Shown here in pieces: positions 29,438-39,632 of a stretch of 64,000 nucleotides of DNA (the first letter of the stretch is position 1; each line of letters begins with the position of its first letter). The notes beneath the pieces are model-generated. The model was not told the DNA's origin. It did no database searches and saw only the letters and a program-made list of their open reading frames with translations. The position numbers were made by a program, and so were the translations under genes. Source of the stretch: an uncultured delta proteobacterium (GTDB lineage: Bacteria > Myxococcota_A > Polyangia > Polyangiales > Polyangiaceae); the NCBI GenBank assembly GCA_963806225.1, contig CAWDXG010000004.1, positions 1,472,001 through 1,536,000 of the forward strand, written 5' to 3'.

Positions 29438-30301
29438 ATGCGTGACCATTGTCTGCTGGTAGGTCTGGGCTTGCTGCTCTGGGCCGCGCCGGGGCGGGCC
29501 GACCTGCCGGCAGGAACGACCGGGACCACGCCGGCGAGCACCGGCTCGACGGACGTAGCCAAGGAGGGCTTCGAAGGGGCCACGAAGGCCGAGGACGACA
29601 AGGACGCGAGTGAAGCGAGCGTAGCGGCCGGCGGAATGATCGCGTCGGGGAACTCGCGCCAGCTCGCGCTGACGGCGGCGGGGAAGCTCCGCCTCAGGCG
29701 CGACGCGCAGCAGTTCGGCGCAGCGGCGGCAGCCAACTTCGCCCGCGCCGCAGCTCCCGAGCACCCCGACCAGGGGATGCAGACCAGCGTGGAGAACCTG
29801 CAGGGGCGCGTGCGCTACGACTACTTCTTCGCGAAGCACTGGTCGGCATTCCTTGCCGTCTCGGGCCGGCGCGACCGCTTCCAGGGTCTCGATCTGAGAC
29901 TGAACGTGGACCCGGGAGTGGCCTACTACTTCATCGAGGAGAAGAAGAACCAGCTCTGGATCGAGGGCGGCTACGACCTGCAGTACGACATCCGACGCGA
30001 CGACGCGCTGGCCGGCACGAATCTGTCGAAGACCGACACCCGCCACAGCGGACGCGCGTTCGCCGGCTGGGAAAACAAGGTCAACGAGCGGGTGAGCTTC
30101 TCGACCGGCGTCGAGTACATCCAGAGCGTCCAGACGGCACGCGAATGGCGGTTGGACTGGGACGCCGCGCTGAGCTCGAACATCGCGGGAAACTTCTCCA
30201 GCGCCGTGACGTTCAGCCTGCGCTACGACAACGCGCCGCTGCCAGGCGTGAAGAAGACGGATATGTTGAGCTCGTTCAACCTCGTCTACGCGCTGATGTA
30301 G
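29438..30301 (+). CDS. DUF481-like outer-membrane beta-barrel
   Basis: Signal peptide; ASGNS, RYDYFF, RDRFQGLDLR, YDNAPLPG; strong GGAGG RBS. Confidence 0.8.
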   Translation: MRDHCLLVGLGLLLWAAPGRADLPAGTTGTTPASTGSTDVAKEGFEGATKAEDDKDASEASVAAGGMIASGNSRQLALTAAGKLRLRRDAQQFGAAAAANFARAAAPEHPDQGMQTSVENLQGRVRYDYFFAKHWSAFLAVSGRRDRFQGLDLRLNVDPGVAYYFIEEKKNQLWIEGGYDLQYDIRRDDALAGTNLSKTDTRHSGRAFAGWENKVNERVSFSTGVEYIQSVQTAREWRLDWDAALSSNIAGNFSSAVTFSLRYDNAPLPGVKKTDMLSSFNLVYALM

Positions 30302-30411
30302 CCGTAAAAGAACCGGCGGCCCCCCCCGCCAGCACCGTCGGAAATCATGCGCCCTCAAGAAGCACTGGCGGTGGCCGTCCATCTGGGCGTACCTGTTGGC
30401 AGCGTCTACTC

Positions 30412-30858
30412 ATGCATCCGGCCGTCCAACCACCCGCCTCCGCCGACTACGCCCGCCTCGCTCCCGACCGCGAGCGCTGGAAGACACCGCGAGGCGAGCT
30501 GACCATCTGGCAGCCGTCCGACACGGTCGTGGTCTTCGAGCTCGGGGGGCACATCGGGCGCGCCTTCGTGGAACCGATTATCGAGCGGGTACAGGGCCTG
30601 GTCGATGCCGGCGGACGGCCGACCGTCTTCGACGATCTCGAGCGGGCCGTCTCCTACGACGGTGACGTACGGCTCGAGATCACGCGCTTCGCCGCCCGCA
30701 CCGCGGCGGACGTCGCCGCCACCCATGTGCTGGTGCGGTCGAAGCTGATCGCGATGACCGTCGCCGTGGCCAACCTCGCGCTGCGCCAGGCCCTCACCGT
30801 ACACAGTAGCCGCAGCGGGTTCGACGAGGCGCTGAGCCGGGCAATGGTCCAGGGCTAG
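30412..30858 (+). CDS. Hypothetical protein (STAS/SEC14-like small domain)
   Basis: GC3-biased [15 protein letters not shown]...[11 protein letters not shown] pattern. Confidence 0.55.
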   Translation: MHPAVQPPASADYARLAPDRERWKTPRGELTIWQPSDTVVVFELGGHIGRAFVEPIIERVQGLVDAGGRPTVFDDLERAVSYDGDVRLEITRFAARTAADVAATHVLVRSKLIAMTVAVANLALRQALTVHSSRSGFDEALSRAMVQG

Positions 30859-31048
30859 TCGCCCACCTTCGCGCCGAAGCGCGCTTGCCCGCGCGCCGTC
30901 TGTGCAATCGCGGGGCCACGTGTTATGGGGATGGCGCGTGCTTTGCGCCGCCGCTGCTCCGCTGGACCGTGGAGTCGTCTGGCAGCCGGGCCTGGAGGGC
31001 GGGCGCAACGAGGCGTCCCGTCCCGGCCGCACAGAGCCCGTTCAACGC

Positions 31049-32240
31049 ATGTCCGATCCGCTCATCCTCGTAGAGAGTCTGTACAAGGTTTTCGGTCCGC
31101 GACCGAAACATGCCCTCCAGCTTCTGGATCAGGGCCTGTCCAAGGCAGCGATCTTCGAGAAGACAGGCATGACGGTCGGCGTGCAGGATGCGTCGTTCGA
31201 GATCAAAGAAGGCGAGATCTTCGTCATCATGGGGCTGTCCGGCTCCGGCAAGTCGACGCTGCTCCGGCTTCTGAACCGGCTGATCGAGCCGACGGCGGGG
31301 AAGGTGCTGATCGAGGGCCGCGACGTGACGCGCATGAGCCAGGGCGAGCTGATCGAGGTGCGCCGGCGCAAGATGGCGATGGTGTTCCAGTCGTTCGCGC
31401 TCCTGCCGCACCTGTCTGTATGGGAAAACGCCGCCTTCGGCCTGGAGGTTTCCGGTATGGAACGCAGCGAGCGCAAGCAGCGGGCGCTGGCTGCGCTCGA
31501 GCAGGTGGGGCTTTCGGCGAACGCCGACAGCTATCCGTCCGAGCTCTCCGGCGGCATGCAGCAGCGGGTCGGCCTGGCACGCGCACTTTCGACCGACCCC
31601 GCGGTGCTGCTGATGGACGAGGCGTTCTCGGCACTCGACCCGTTGATACGCACTGAAATGCAGGACGAGCTCTTGAAGCTGCAGGCCGAGCATTCGCGCA
31701 CCGTGGTGTTCATCTCCCACGACCTGGACGAAGCCATGCGCATCGGCGATCGCATCGCGATCATGGAGGGCGGCCGCGTGCTGCAGGTGGGCACGGCCGA
31801 GGAGATCCTGAAGGACCCCGCCGATGACTACGTCCGCTCGTTCTTCCGCGGCGTGGACGTCGCGAACGTCTACAAGGCAGGCGACATCGCCCGGCGCGAC
31901 CAGGTCACGGTCATCCAGCACGGCGCCGACGGAGTGCGCACGGCGCTGCAGCAGCTCCGCGACTACGATCGCGAGTTCGGATTCGTGCGGGACAAGGACG
32001 GGCGCTTCCGCGGCGTCGTCAGTGTCGGCTCGCTGATGGAAGAAGCCAAGGGAGACAATCCCAGGCTCGACCGGGCGCTGCTCGACGTTCGAACCGGTCG
32101 ATGCCGACGCGTCGTTCGACGAGGTCATCAAGCGCGTGGCCGACAGCGCGTACCCCGTACCCGTTGTCGACGACAAGCAGCACTACCTCGGCGTCATCTC
32201 GAAAACGGCGCTGCTCCGCACGCTGGAGAAGACGCCATGA
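31049..32240 (+). CDS. proV: Glycine betaine/proline ABC transporter ATPase with CBS domains; +1 frameshift near 32088-32090
   Basis: [32 protein letters not shown]. After ...LLDV the CBS tail ([38 protein letters not shown]...TP*) is in another frame. The span is 1192 bp = 3n+1. Confidence 0.88.
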
Positions 32241-33130
32241 TCGCGCTCGCGCCGATCGGCCGTTTGCCGATTGGAACGGAGATCCAGCAAGCGGTGCAGT
32301 TCATGCTGCATCACATGCAGGGCCTGTTCGACGCCATCACCTTCGTGATCGGCGGCCTGACGGGCGCGCTGGAAAAGGGACTGCTCTCCATTCCCGCCTG
32401 GCTCATGACGCTGGCGCTGGCAGCGCTCGCCAGCTGGCGCGTCAGCTGGCGCTTCGGAGCGTTCACCATCACCTCGCTCGGCCTGGTGGTCGGCATGAAC
32501 CTCTGGCCGCAGACGATCTCGACACTGGCGCTGGTGCTGTCCGCCACCGTGGTGAGCCTGCTAATCGGTCTTCCTCTGGGCATCTGGGCCGCCAAGAGCG
32601 ACACGGCCGACCGGGTCGTGCGTCCGGTGCTGGACTTCATGCAGACGATGCCCGCCTTCGTCTACCTGATCCCGGCCGCGATGTTCTTCGGTCTCGGCAA
32701 GGTGCCGGGCACCATCGCCACCATCATCTTCTCGATGCCGCCGGCGGTACGCCTCACCAACCTCGGCATCCGGCAGGTGCCCAAGGAGCGGGTGGAAGCC
32801 GGACTCGCGTTCGGCTGCACGCCGCGGCAGCTCTTGTTCAAGGTGCAGATCCCGAGCGCGTTGCCCTCCATCATGGCGGGGGTGAACCAGAACATCATGC
32901 TGGGGCTGTCCATGGTGGTCATCGCGTCGATGATCGGGGCCGGGGGCCTCGGCAACGAGGTGCTGCGCGGCATCCAGCGCCTGGATATCGGGCTGGGCTT
33001 CGAGGGCGGCATCGGCGTCGTGCTGCTGGCGATTATCCTCGACCGCATCACGCAGAGCTTCGGCGCCGGGCGGCGGCGGAGTGTGCGCGACCGGCTCAAG
33101 GTGCTGTTTTCGCGGAAGGCGGTGGCGTGA
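32237..33130 (+). CDS. proW: Glycine betaine/proline ABC transporter permease
   Basis: [35 protein letters not shown] overlap with the proV tail. Confidence 0.92.
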   Translation: MIALAPIGRLPIGTEIQQAVQFMLHHMQGLFDAITFVIGGLTGALEKGLLSIPAWLMTLALAALASWRVSWRFGAFTITSLGLVVGMNLWPQTISTLALVLSATVVSLLIGLPLGIWAAKSDTADRVVRPVLDFMQTMPAFVYLIPAAMFFGLGKVPGTIATIIFSMPPAVRLTNLGIRQVPKERVEAGLAFGCTPRQLLFKVQIPSALPSIMAGVNQNIMLGLSMVVIASMIGAGGLGNEVLRGIQRLDIGLGFEGGIGVVLLAIILDRITQSFGAGRRRSVRDRLKVLFSRKAVA

Positions 33131-34128
33131 TGCCGCGCTGGCTGCGCAGTCTGTATTCGTTGCTTGTCGCTGCGTTGGGAATCGGCGTGTTCGCGTACAT
33201 CGTCGTCGTCAGCTCCCGGCGCAAGCAGGCCGCCCACGAGCGCAGGGCGTCCGCACGGGCGCCCGCGGCGTCGGCTAGCGTGCGCAAGCCGGGCAAAAGC
33301 CAGCACGCCACCGTCGACAAGAGCAAGCTCCCCCCTATCCGCATCGGCTGGACTGCGTGGAGCGACGCCGAAATCGTTACCAATCTCGCCAAGCGCCTGC
33401 TCGAGCAGCGCATGGGCTATCGCGTGAAGCTCACGATGGCCGACATCGGCATCCAGTACCAGGGTGTCGCCAGCGGCGACCTGGACATCATGCTGATGTC
33501 GTGGCTGCCGGTGACGCACCAGAACTACTGGAAGAAGGTCGCGGACAAGGTCGTCAACCTCGGCCCCCTGTACACGCGCGCGCGTCTCGGCTGGGTGGTG
33601 CCCGACTACGTGCCGAAGAGCGAGCTCGACTCGATCGCCGACCTGACCAAGCCGGACGTGCGGCGGAGGATCGGCTCGAAGATCCAGGGCATCGATCCCG
33701 GTTCCGGGCTGATGCAGAACTCCGAGAAGGCGCTCAAGGCCTACAACCTGAACGGCGTCACCCTCGTGTCGGCGAGCGGCGCCGCGATGACGGCCGCCCT
33801 GGGGCGCGCCATCCGACGCAAGAAGTGGATCGTCGTGACGGGCTGGAGCCCCCACTGGATGTTCGCCAAATGGAAGCTCCGCTACCTGAAGGACCCGAAG
33901 CACGCGCTGGGCGGTCGCGAGCGCATCCACGCCCTGGCCCGGAAAGGCTTCTACCAGGACTATCCGCCCGAGGTGACCGGGTTCTTCGTGCGCATGTTCC
34001 TGCCGCTCGATCAGCTGGAGGCGGCCATGCTGGAAGCTTCGAAGACGACGGTCGACAAGGCCGTGGACGACTACATCAAGGCGCACCCGAAGCGCGTCCA
34101 CTACTGGACGACGGGCAGGTTCGAGTAG
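33130..34128 (+). CDS. proX: Glycine betaine ABC substrate-binding protein (OpuAC/ProX type) with an N-terminal TM anchor
   Basis: WLPVTH, GWVVPDYV, IQGIDPGSG, VTGWSPHWMFAKW. Confidence 0.88.
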   Translation: MPRWLRSLYSLLVAALGIGVFAYIVVVSSRRKQAAHERRASARAPAASASVRKPGKSQHATVDKSKLPPIRIGWTAWSDAEIVTNLAKRLLEQRMGYRVKLTMADIGIQYQGVASGDLDIMLMSWLPVTHQNYWKKVADKVVNLGPLYTRARLGWVVPDYVPKSELDSIADLTKPDVRRRIGSKIQGIDPGSGLMQNSEKALKAYNLNGVTLVSASGAAMTAALGRAIRRKKWIVVTGWSPHWMFAKWKLRYLKDPKHALGGRERIHALARKGFYQDYPPEVTGFFVRMFLPLDQLEAAMLEASKTTVDKAVDDYIKAHPKRVHYWTTGRFE

Positions 34129-34175
34129 CGCGCGTCCGACCGGCAGCACATCGGGCGCTGGGCTAGGCTTGGTGG

Positions 34176-35135
34176 GTGCAGATCTGGCCCGTGCGGCTGC
34201 TCGTGGTGCAGGCGGTCGCCAGCGTGGTGCTGGGCGGCGCCGTCGGCATGATGCTCGCGGTGGTGTTCTCGCCGTTGGCCTCGCTGGCGGGCAGCCCGCT
34301 CGCAGCCTGGCTGTACTGGCGGCTGTCCACGCGTCGCTACCGGCGACGGCGGAAGCTGACGGCAAGCCCGTTCCCGACGCACTGGCGCTCCCTGCTGGAG
34401 AAGCGGATTCCGTATTTCCGCGGACTCCATGCCGCGGAGCGCAGCCGCTTCGAGAACGACGTGCGGATCTTCCTCGGCGAGCAGCGCATCTACGGCATCC
34501 GCGGCGTCGAGGTCGACGACGAGACGCGGGTCCTGATCGCCGCGGCCGCGGCGATGCTGTCGAACGGCCTACAGGACTGGGAGTGGCCGAACGTGCGGGA
34601 TGTCGTCGTCTACCCCAGCGCTTTCGACGACGAATACCGCACGGATGCGCATCCGGACATCCTGGGCATGGTGCATTCCCAGGGCCCGATCCTGATTTCC
34701 GGTCCCGATCTGAAACACGGGTTTCTCGTTTCCGACGACTCGAACAACGTGGCGCTCCACGAGCTGGCCCACGTGATCGACATGGCGGACGGCTACGCGG
34801 ACGGGGTTCCCGCGGCGCTCTCGTGGGTCGCGACCGCGCCCTGGATCCACGTGGTCGCCGATCGCCTCCAGAAGCTCCGCGAGGGGCGCTACGGCGACAC
34901 GCTCCGCGACTACGCAGGAACCAACGAGACCGAGCTCTTCGCGGTGGCCGTGGAGGCCTTCTTCGAACAGCCCGCGCGCCTGGCCGAGCACGATGCGGAG
35001 CTCTACGCGATGCTGCGCGACTATTTCAACCAGGACCCGGCGCGCATCCTCTCGAGGGCCGAGGAGAGCGATCGTGCCGGAGCTCCCGACGCAACGGGTG
35101 CCGCGGGCGGAACGGACGACGCAAGCGTTGCGTGA
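34176..35135 (+). CDS. Zinc-dependent peptidase, MtfA/M90-like
   Basis: VVVYPSAF, NVALHELAHVIDM, YAGTNETELFAVAVEAFFEQP. Confidence 0.85.
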   Translation: MQIWPVRLLVVQAVASVVLGGAVGMMLAVVFSPLASLAGSPLAAWLYWRLSTRRYRRRRKLTASPFPTHWRSLLEKRIPYFRGLHAAERSRFENDVRIFLGEQRIYGIRGVEVDDETRVLIAAAAAMLSNGLQDWEWPNVRDVVVYPSAFDDEYRTDAHPDILGMVHSQGPILISGPDLKHGFLVSDDSNNVALHELAHVIDMADGYADGVPAALSWVATAPWIHVVADRLQKLREGRYGDTLRDYAGTNETELFAVAVEAFFEQPARLAEHDAELYAMLRDYFNQDPARILSRAEESDRAGAPDATGAAGGTDDASVA

Positions 35136-35240
35136 GGCGACCTGCGTGAAGCGCCCGCGGTTTGTCGAGGACCTGATCGGTTAGTTGTGGCGCGGCGGTT
35201 GCATTCCGTATGGACGAGCATTCGCCCGAACGGAGCCATC

Positions 35241-35647
35241 ATGACCCACGCCAGCAACACGGCAGCCCACACTGAACATCGACAGTGGCACGCGGACACC
35301 AGCTGTGGGTCGAAGATATCCAGAACTGGCAGACCGATCTGCACCGGGCGCTTTCGGACCTGGCCCGCGCAGAGTCCATCGTGCGCTCGCACGCTGCGGC
35401 CCTGCAGGAGCACTTGCTCTCTGTCGAACACCACGAGCGGTCGATCGAGGCGCACGAGACGGACGTGGTGGTGAGCGAGCAGGGAAACGGGCACGCCCCG
35501 GGCGCCGACCCGCGCGCCGCGCGGCACGTGGCCAGCGAGCGCTCGCACGACGTCCAGCGCGACGCGCACGATCGCATCAAGCAGCACCACCATCGGCTCA
35601 TCGCCGAGCTCAGACGCCTGGTGCGCGTGCTGGAAGAAGCCGTCTGA
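35241..35647 (+). pseudogene. His-rich helical hypothetical protein with an apparent 1-bp deletion near 35296
   Basis: MTHASNTAAHTEHRQWHAD joins (H)QLWVEDIQNWQ... if one C is added; span 407 bp = 3n+2. Confidence 0.6.
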
Positions 35648-35678
35648 CGGCGGCTCGCAGTCCGCGCCACTCCGCGCG

Positions 35679-36155
35679 CTAGTATCCGAGATCGAGTGTC
35701 CCCGGCTGCACCCGGCCCGGCTGGGTCGGCACCACCGGGACGCGCGGCGGCCAGGGCACCGAGGACGGCCGCGGCAGAGGCGACGCCGACGCGCTCGGCG
35801 CGGGCGCGGGCGCCGACGGCTCGGGAGGCGTGGACGGCAACGTGGCAACGCCCGTCACGGGCGCGGGGGGCGCGGGCGGCGGAGCCGGTCGGTACTCCGC
35901 GGTCGGGTAGACCGGCTGCTGGATCGGCGTCCGGCAACGCACCAGCATGTTGTCCCCGCCCGCAATGGTGCGCCCCAGCTCGTAGCCGTACGGACACCGT
36001 TCACCCGCCAGCCGGTAGCACTCCGCCTCATGGGAGCCGCAGCTCACATGGAACATCCGGGTGCCATCCGGGCCGATGATCGGCACCGCGCGCGGCTCCG
36101 AGCACCCCAGAACAAGCAGCACGCCGGCCAGCACCACGAGCGCCGAGCGCAGCAT
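35679..36155 (-). CDS. Small lipoprotein with a Pro-rich tail
   Basis: LVLGC lipobox; C...CYRLAGERCPYGY...VRC; tail ends DLGY. Confidence 0.7.
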   Translation of the reverse strand: MLRSALVVLAGVLLVLGCSEPRAVPIIGPDGTRMFHVSCGSHEAECYRLAGERCPYGYELGRTIAGGDNMLVRCRTPIQQPVYPTAEYRPAPPPAPPAPVTGVATLPSTPPEPSAPAPAPSASASPLPRPSSVPWPPRVPVVPTQPGRVQPGTLDLGY

Positions 36156-36263
36156 GCCTTCAACCTAGGTTAACACCCGCGAATCGGCAACCGCTCGCCG
36201 GTGCGCGTTCCGCCGCTTCGCCGGACTTGCATCCCCCTGCCGTTGGCTGGACGCTCTCGTGCT

Positions 36264-36346
36264 GGCCCCTTGGCGGAATGGCAGACGCAGGGGATTTAAA
36301 ATCCTCGGCCCGTAAGGGCGTCCCGGTTCGAATCCGGGAGGGGCTA
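36264..36346 (+). tRNA. tRNA-Leu (anticodon TAA)
   Basis: Acceptor GGCCCCT/AGGGGCT plus discriminator A; D-arm TGGCGGAATGGCAGACGC; anticodon arm GGGGA-TTTAAAA-TCCTC; long variable arm GCCC-GTAA-GGGC; T-arm CCCGG-TTCGAAT-CCGGG; CCA not encoded. Confidence 0.95.
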
Positions 36347-38020
36347 CTGCACGACCGGCACGCACTTGCCGTTGCTGCACGTCTCGTTACCGGCGCAGTC
36401 TTTCGCCGTGGTGCAGGGCTGGCGCTCGACGTGGGTGACCCACTGCGCGATGTGGTTGCCGCCGTTGATGTCCTGGAACGGCAACCAGAACGCCGGGAAG
36501 CTCGGATCCTTGCCGGCCTGGGCCTTGTCGGGGTCGAACGCCACCATCCACAGCTGCACCTTCTGGTTCTCGGCCAGCCTGAGACCGTAGGCGCGCGCGC
36601 TGGAGAACGTGAGCCACATCACGGTTCCGCCCCAGTACGTCCCGATGTCCGGAGCCCACTTCGCCCAGGATACGGCGCCGGGTTTGGTCGCGTTGTCGAG
36701 CCGGATCGGCTTGTTTCCATGGACGTTGACCGCCCACAGCTCGCCGTCGCCTACCTGGCCCGATTTCGAATCGACGCCGATGTTCTCGTAGGAGCTGTGA
36801 TTGGCCGCCGAACGGTTGAACACGACCCAGTTCCCGCTCGGATCGAAGGCCGGGTAGTAGTTGTCGCCGCCGCTCGCCGGCACCAGCACCCGCGGGTTCT
36901 TCCAGGCCTGGTTCGGCTGATCGTAGTCCATCAGCGATATCGCGCCGCCCTGGATTCCGGGCCCCGCGAGTATGGGAGACGGCCTCGCAAACACCATCAT
37001 GGAACCGCTCGGCGACCAGTCCGGCATCGCCCCGGGGACGACGTTGTCGTTGATGGTCTGCCCGGTGGTCAGATCGCGCCAACCGATCTTCGCACCGTTG
37101 GAATAGAGCAGCTGCTTGGCGTCCGGCGAGAAGGAGAAGAAGTTCCCGGCACCCGTGAGCTTCGTCCCGCTCACGGAAACGGGCTTGCGCGTTGCGACAT
37201 CGAAGATGCCGTACGGAGCCGCAGGCAGTGGAGCGCCGCTGCCCACAGCCATCACCGACCCGTCCCGCGACAGCGCGTGGCAGCCGACGCAGACGAACCC
37301 CCCGGCCATCTGCGCGTTCATGAACAGCTCCGCCTGTTTGAGCGGATAGCCGAAGTCGTAGCGCTGGATGACGCCCGTCGTGTTCCAGTAGTACAGGCCG
37401 CCGTTGATGTCTTCCTTGGTGAAGCTGATCTCGTGCGTGTCCGAGGTGCCGACCGCACCCGGGCTCTGACCGTTGACGCCGCGGAGCGTGTACTTGACGG
37501 CCGCCTTGCCCCGCGCCGCCTTCACGAGCTCGCCCCAGAACTGCTTGGCCGGGGTGTACACACAGCCAGTGCCGAGCGGCTGGCAGCCGAAGTAGATGAC
37601 GAAGTTCAGCGTCGCCGCCTCGAAGCGGAGCTCGAACAACGTCTGCCCGGCGCCCGGCGTGTAGTGGAACTCGAGCGAGTTCATGTTGGGCGGCACGATG
37701 ATGCCGCTCGCGGGATACACGAGTTGGGGCTTGGCGGACGGATCGTCGCCGCCGCCGAACTTGCCGGGAGCGCTCTTGTCCGCGCCGGGGCCGATGACGA
37801 CGGTCGTCGGATTGCTGAACGACGAGTCGGGTCCGGCATCGGTGCCGATCGTGGCGTCGGGTCCGCCGTCGAGCGTGCCGCCTCCAGCCCCCGCCGCGCC
37901 GCCGCTTCCCTGTGGATTCGACTTCGTTCCACTGGCCGAGCACGCGACGGCCGAAAGCGCGGCGACCGCCATGGCCAACACCAGCATCATGGACTTCGAG
38001 CAAGCACCCCGAGCAATCAT
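36344..38020 (-). CDS. Lipoprotein with a TolB/WD40-like beta-propeller
   Basis: LSAVAC lipobox; FSPDAK, MPDWSPSG, YYPAFDPSG repeats; C-terminal PAFWLPFQD; exact start uncertain. Confidence 0.8.
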   Translation of the reverse strand: MIARGACSKSMMLVLAMAVAALSAVACSASGTKSNPQGSGGAAGAGGGTLDGGPDATIGTDAGPDSSFSNPTTVVIGPGADKSAPGKFGGGDDPSAKPQLVYPASGIIVPPNMNSLEFHYTPGAGQTLFELRFEAATLNFVIYFGCQPLGTGCVYTPAKQFWGELVKAARGKAAVKYTLRGVNGQSPGAVGTSDTHEISFTKEDINGGLYYWNTTGVIQRYDFGYPLKQAELFMNAQMAGGFVCVGCHALSRDGSVMAVGSGAPLPAAPYGIFDVATRKPVSVSGTKLTGAGNFFSFSPDAKQLLYSNGAKIGWRDLTTGQTINDNVVPGAMPDWSPSGSMMVFARPSPILAGPGIQGGAISLMDYDQPNQAWKNPRVLVPASGGDNYYPAFDPSGNWVVFNRSAANHSSYENIGVDSKSGQVGDGELWAVNVHGNKPIRLDNATKPGAVSWAKWAPDIGTYWGGTVMWLTFSSARAYGLRLAENQKVQLWMVAFDPDKAQAGKDPSFPAFWLPFQDINGGNHIAQWVTHVERQPCTTAKDCAGNETCSNGKCVPVVQ

Positions 38021-38135
38021 GGTGCGAAGACATTGTCCGGCGGATCGGGCCGGGTCAAGCAGCGCCGCTCGCGCTCGCCCGGGCTCCACGCAACGCGATG
38101 CGTCGAACCCGTCGTGGAAAGACCGCGTCGCGGCG

Positions 38136-39632
38136 CTACTTCGCTGGCTCGCCTTCGGCGTTGTAGACGACGATCGGCATTCCGAGCCCCGCGAGCGACG
38201 GCCGGAGCTTCTTCAGGTCGCCGGCGATGACCACTTCATAGCTCTTCGGGTCGCAGTACTTCTTCGCGACCGCGTTGGCCTCGGTCAAGGTCACGGCCTT
38301 CACGTGCGACGGCCACTTCTCGTACCAGTCCGCTGGTCGACCGTAGATGGGCAGATCGGCGAGCTGGCCCGCGACCCCGCCGATGTGCTCGAAGCGGCCC
38401 GGGAAACCGAGCAGCAGACCATCCACCGCCTGCGTCCGCTCCTTCTCGGTCAGCGGCTTCGCGCCGCACGTCGCATCCAGCTCCTTGAACATCTGGTCGA
38501 TGCTCGGTCGCGTCGTGTCCGACTTGACGTTGGCGACCAGCGCGTAGAACCCGATCTTCCTCCAGCGCTGGAAGACGCTCGAGGCGCCGTACGTGTAGCC
38601 CTTGTCCTCGCGCAGGTTCAGGTTCAGACGACTGGTGAAGGCGCCGCCAAAGGCGCGGTTTTCCACTATGGCCGGGAAGTAGTCCGGCGTGTTCTCGCCG
38701 TCCGCGCGGCGCACCACGCCCAGGGTCGACTGCGTGGCACCCGGGAAGTCCACCACGTACACGGCGTGCGGGGGCTTTTCCTGGCCCACCTTCGCTTCCT
38801 TGACGCGCGACTTGCCCTTCCACGTACCGAACGCGGCCTCGATGCCCTTCCTCACGCGGGCCTCGCCGATGCCGCCCACTACGACGATGGCGGCGCCGTC
38901 GGGCGTGAAGAACTTCCTGTACTGCGACTTCACGTCGTTCAGACGGATGCGCTTCAGGCTCTTCACGCTGCCGTTGGGAAGCTCCGCGCCGTAGCCGTGG
39001 CCGAACAGCACGTGGCGGAGCGTCACGCCGCGGGCGTGCCCGGGGTCGGACTGCGCGGACAGGGCGTCGGCAGTGCGCTGCGCCTTGCGACGGGCAAAGT
39101 CCTTCTGGTGGAGCAACGGCCGTTCCAGGATGTCGCTCAGGATCTTCGCCGAGGGCTCGAAGTTCTCGGCGAGCAGATTCATCGAGAGCATCGCATAGTC
39201 GACGCCCACGTTGGCACCGTAGTCGGTGGCCAGGCGCTGCAGCTCCTGGTTCAGCGCGAGGGCGCTCCGCCCGCCAGCGCCTTCATCGAGCATATCGGCC
39301 GTCAGCGCGGTGAGGCCGCTCTTGCCCGCGGGATCGGTCGCGGAGCCCCGCGGCAGCACCAGCATCAGGCTCACCAGCGGCGTCTTTCCCTGCTCGAGGT
39401 AGTAGACCTCCACCCCGTTCGACAGCTTCCAGGTCTTCGCCGCGGGCAACGACCACGCGGGCGCGGGCCCGGGCCCGGGAAGCTTCGAGCGGTCCACCGC
39501 GGGCTTCGCGCTGGCCACGGGCTTTGCCGAGGGGACCGGCGCAGTCGGCGCGGCGGGCGGAGCGGTGTGGCCGGCGCCGCACGCGGACAGCACGACCGCC
39601 GAGAGGAACACTGGAGCGAGCTGCCGGGCCAT
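38136..39632 (-). CDS. M16 (pitrilysin) family subunit lacking HxxEH, lipoprotein
   Basis: LSNGVEV, MLDEGAG, GGAFTSRLNLNLREDKGYTYG; VLSAC lipobox. Confidence 0.88.
   Translation of the reverse strand: MARQLAPVFLSAVVLSACGAGHTAPPAAPTAPVPSAKPVASAKPAVDRSKLPGPGPAPAWSLPAAKTWKLSNGVEVYYLEQGKTPLVSLMLVLPRGSATDPAGKSGLTALTADMLDEGAGGRSALALNQELQRLATDYGANVGVDYAMLSMNLLAENFEPSAKILSDILERPLLHQKDFARRKAQRTADALSAQSDPGHARGVTLRHVLFGHGYGAELPNGSVKSLKRIRLNDVKSQYRKFFTPDGAAIVVVGGIGEARVRKGIEAAFGTWKGKSRVKEAKVGQEKPPHAVYVVDFPGATQSTLGVVRRADGENTPDYFPAIVENRAFGGAFTSRLNLNLREDKGYTYGASSVFQRWRKIGFYALVANVKSDTTRPSIDQMFKELDATCGAKPLTEKERTQAVDGLLLGFPGRFEHIGGVAGQLADLPIYGRPADWYEKWPSHVKAVTLTEANAVAKKYCDPKSYEVVIAGDLKKLRPSLAGLGMPIVVYNAEGEPAK

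Noticed and set aside
30902..33130. Natural ProV-ProW fusion protein
   Set aside because: An intact ProV CBS tail exists in the adjacent frame, so a single indel explains the fusion
36227..38230. 667-aa + strand ORF
   Set aside because: It runs through the tRNA and antisense to the propeller lipoprotein gene
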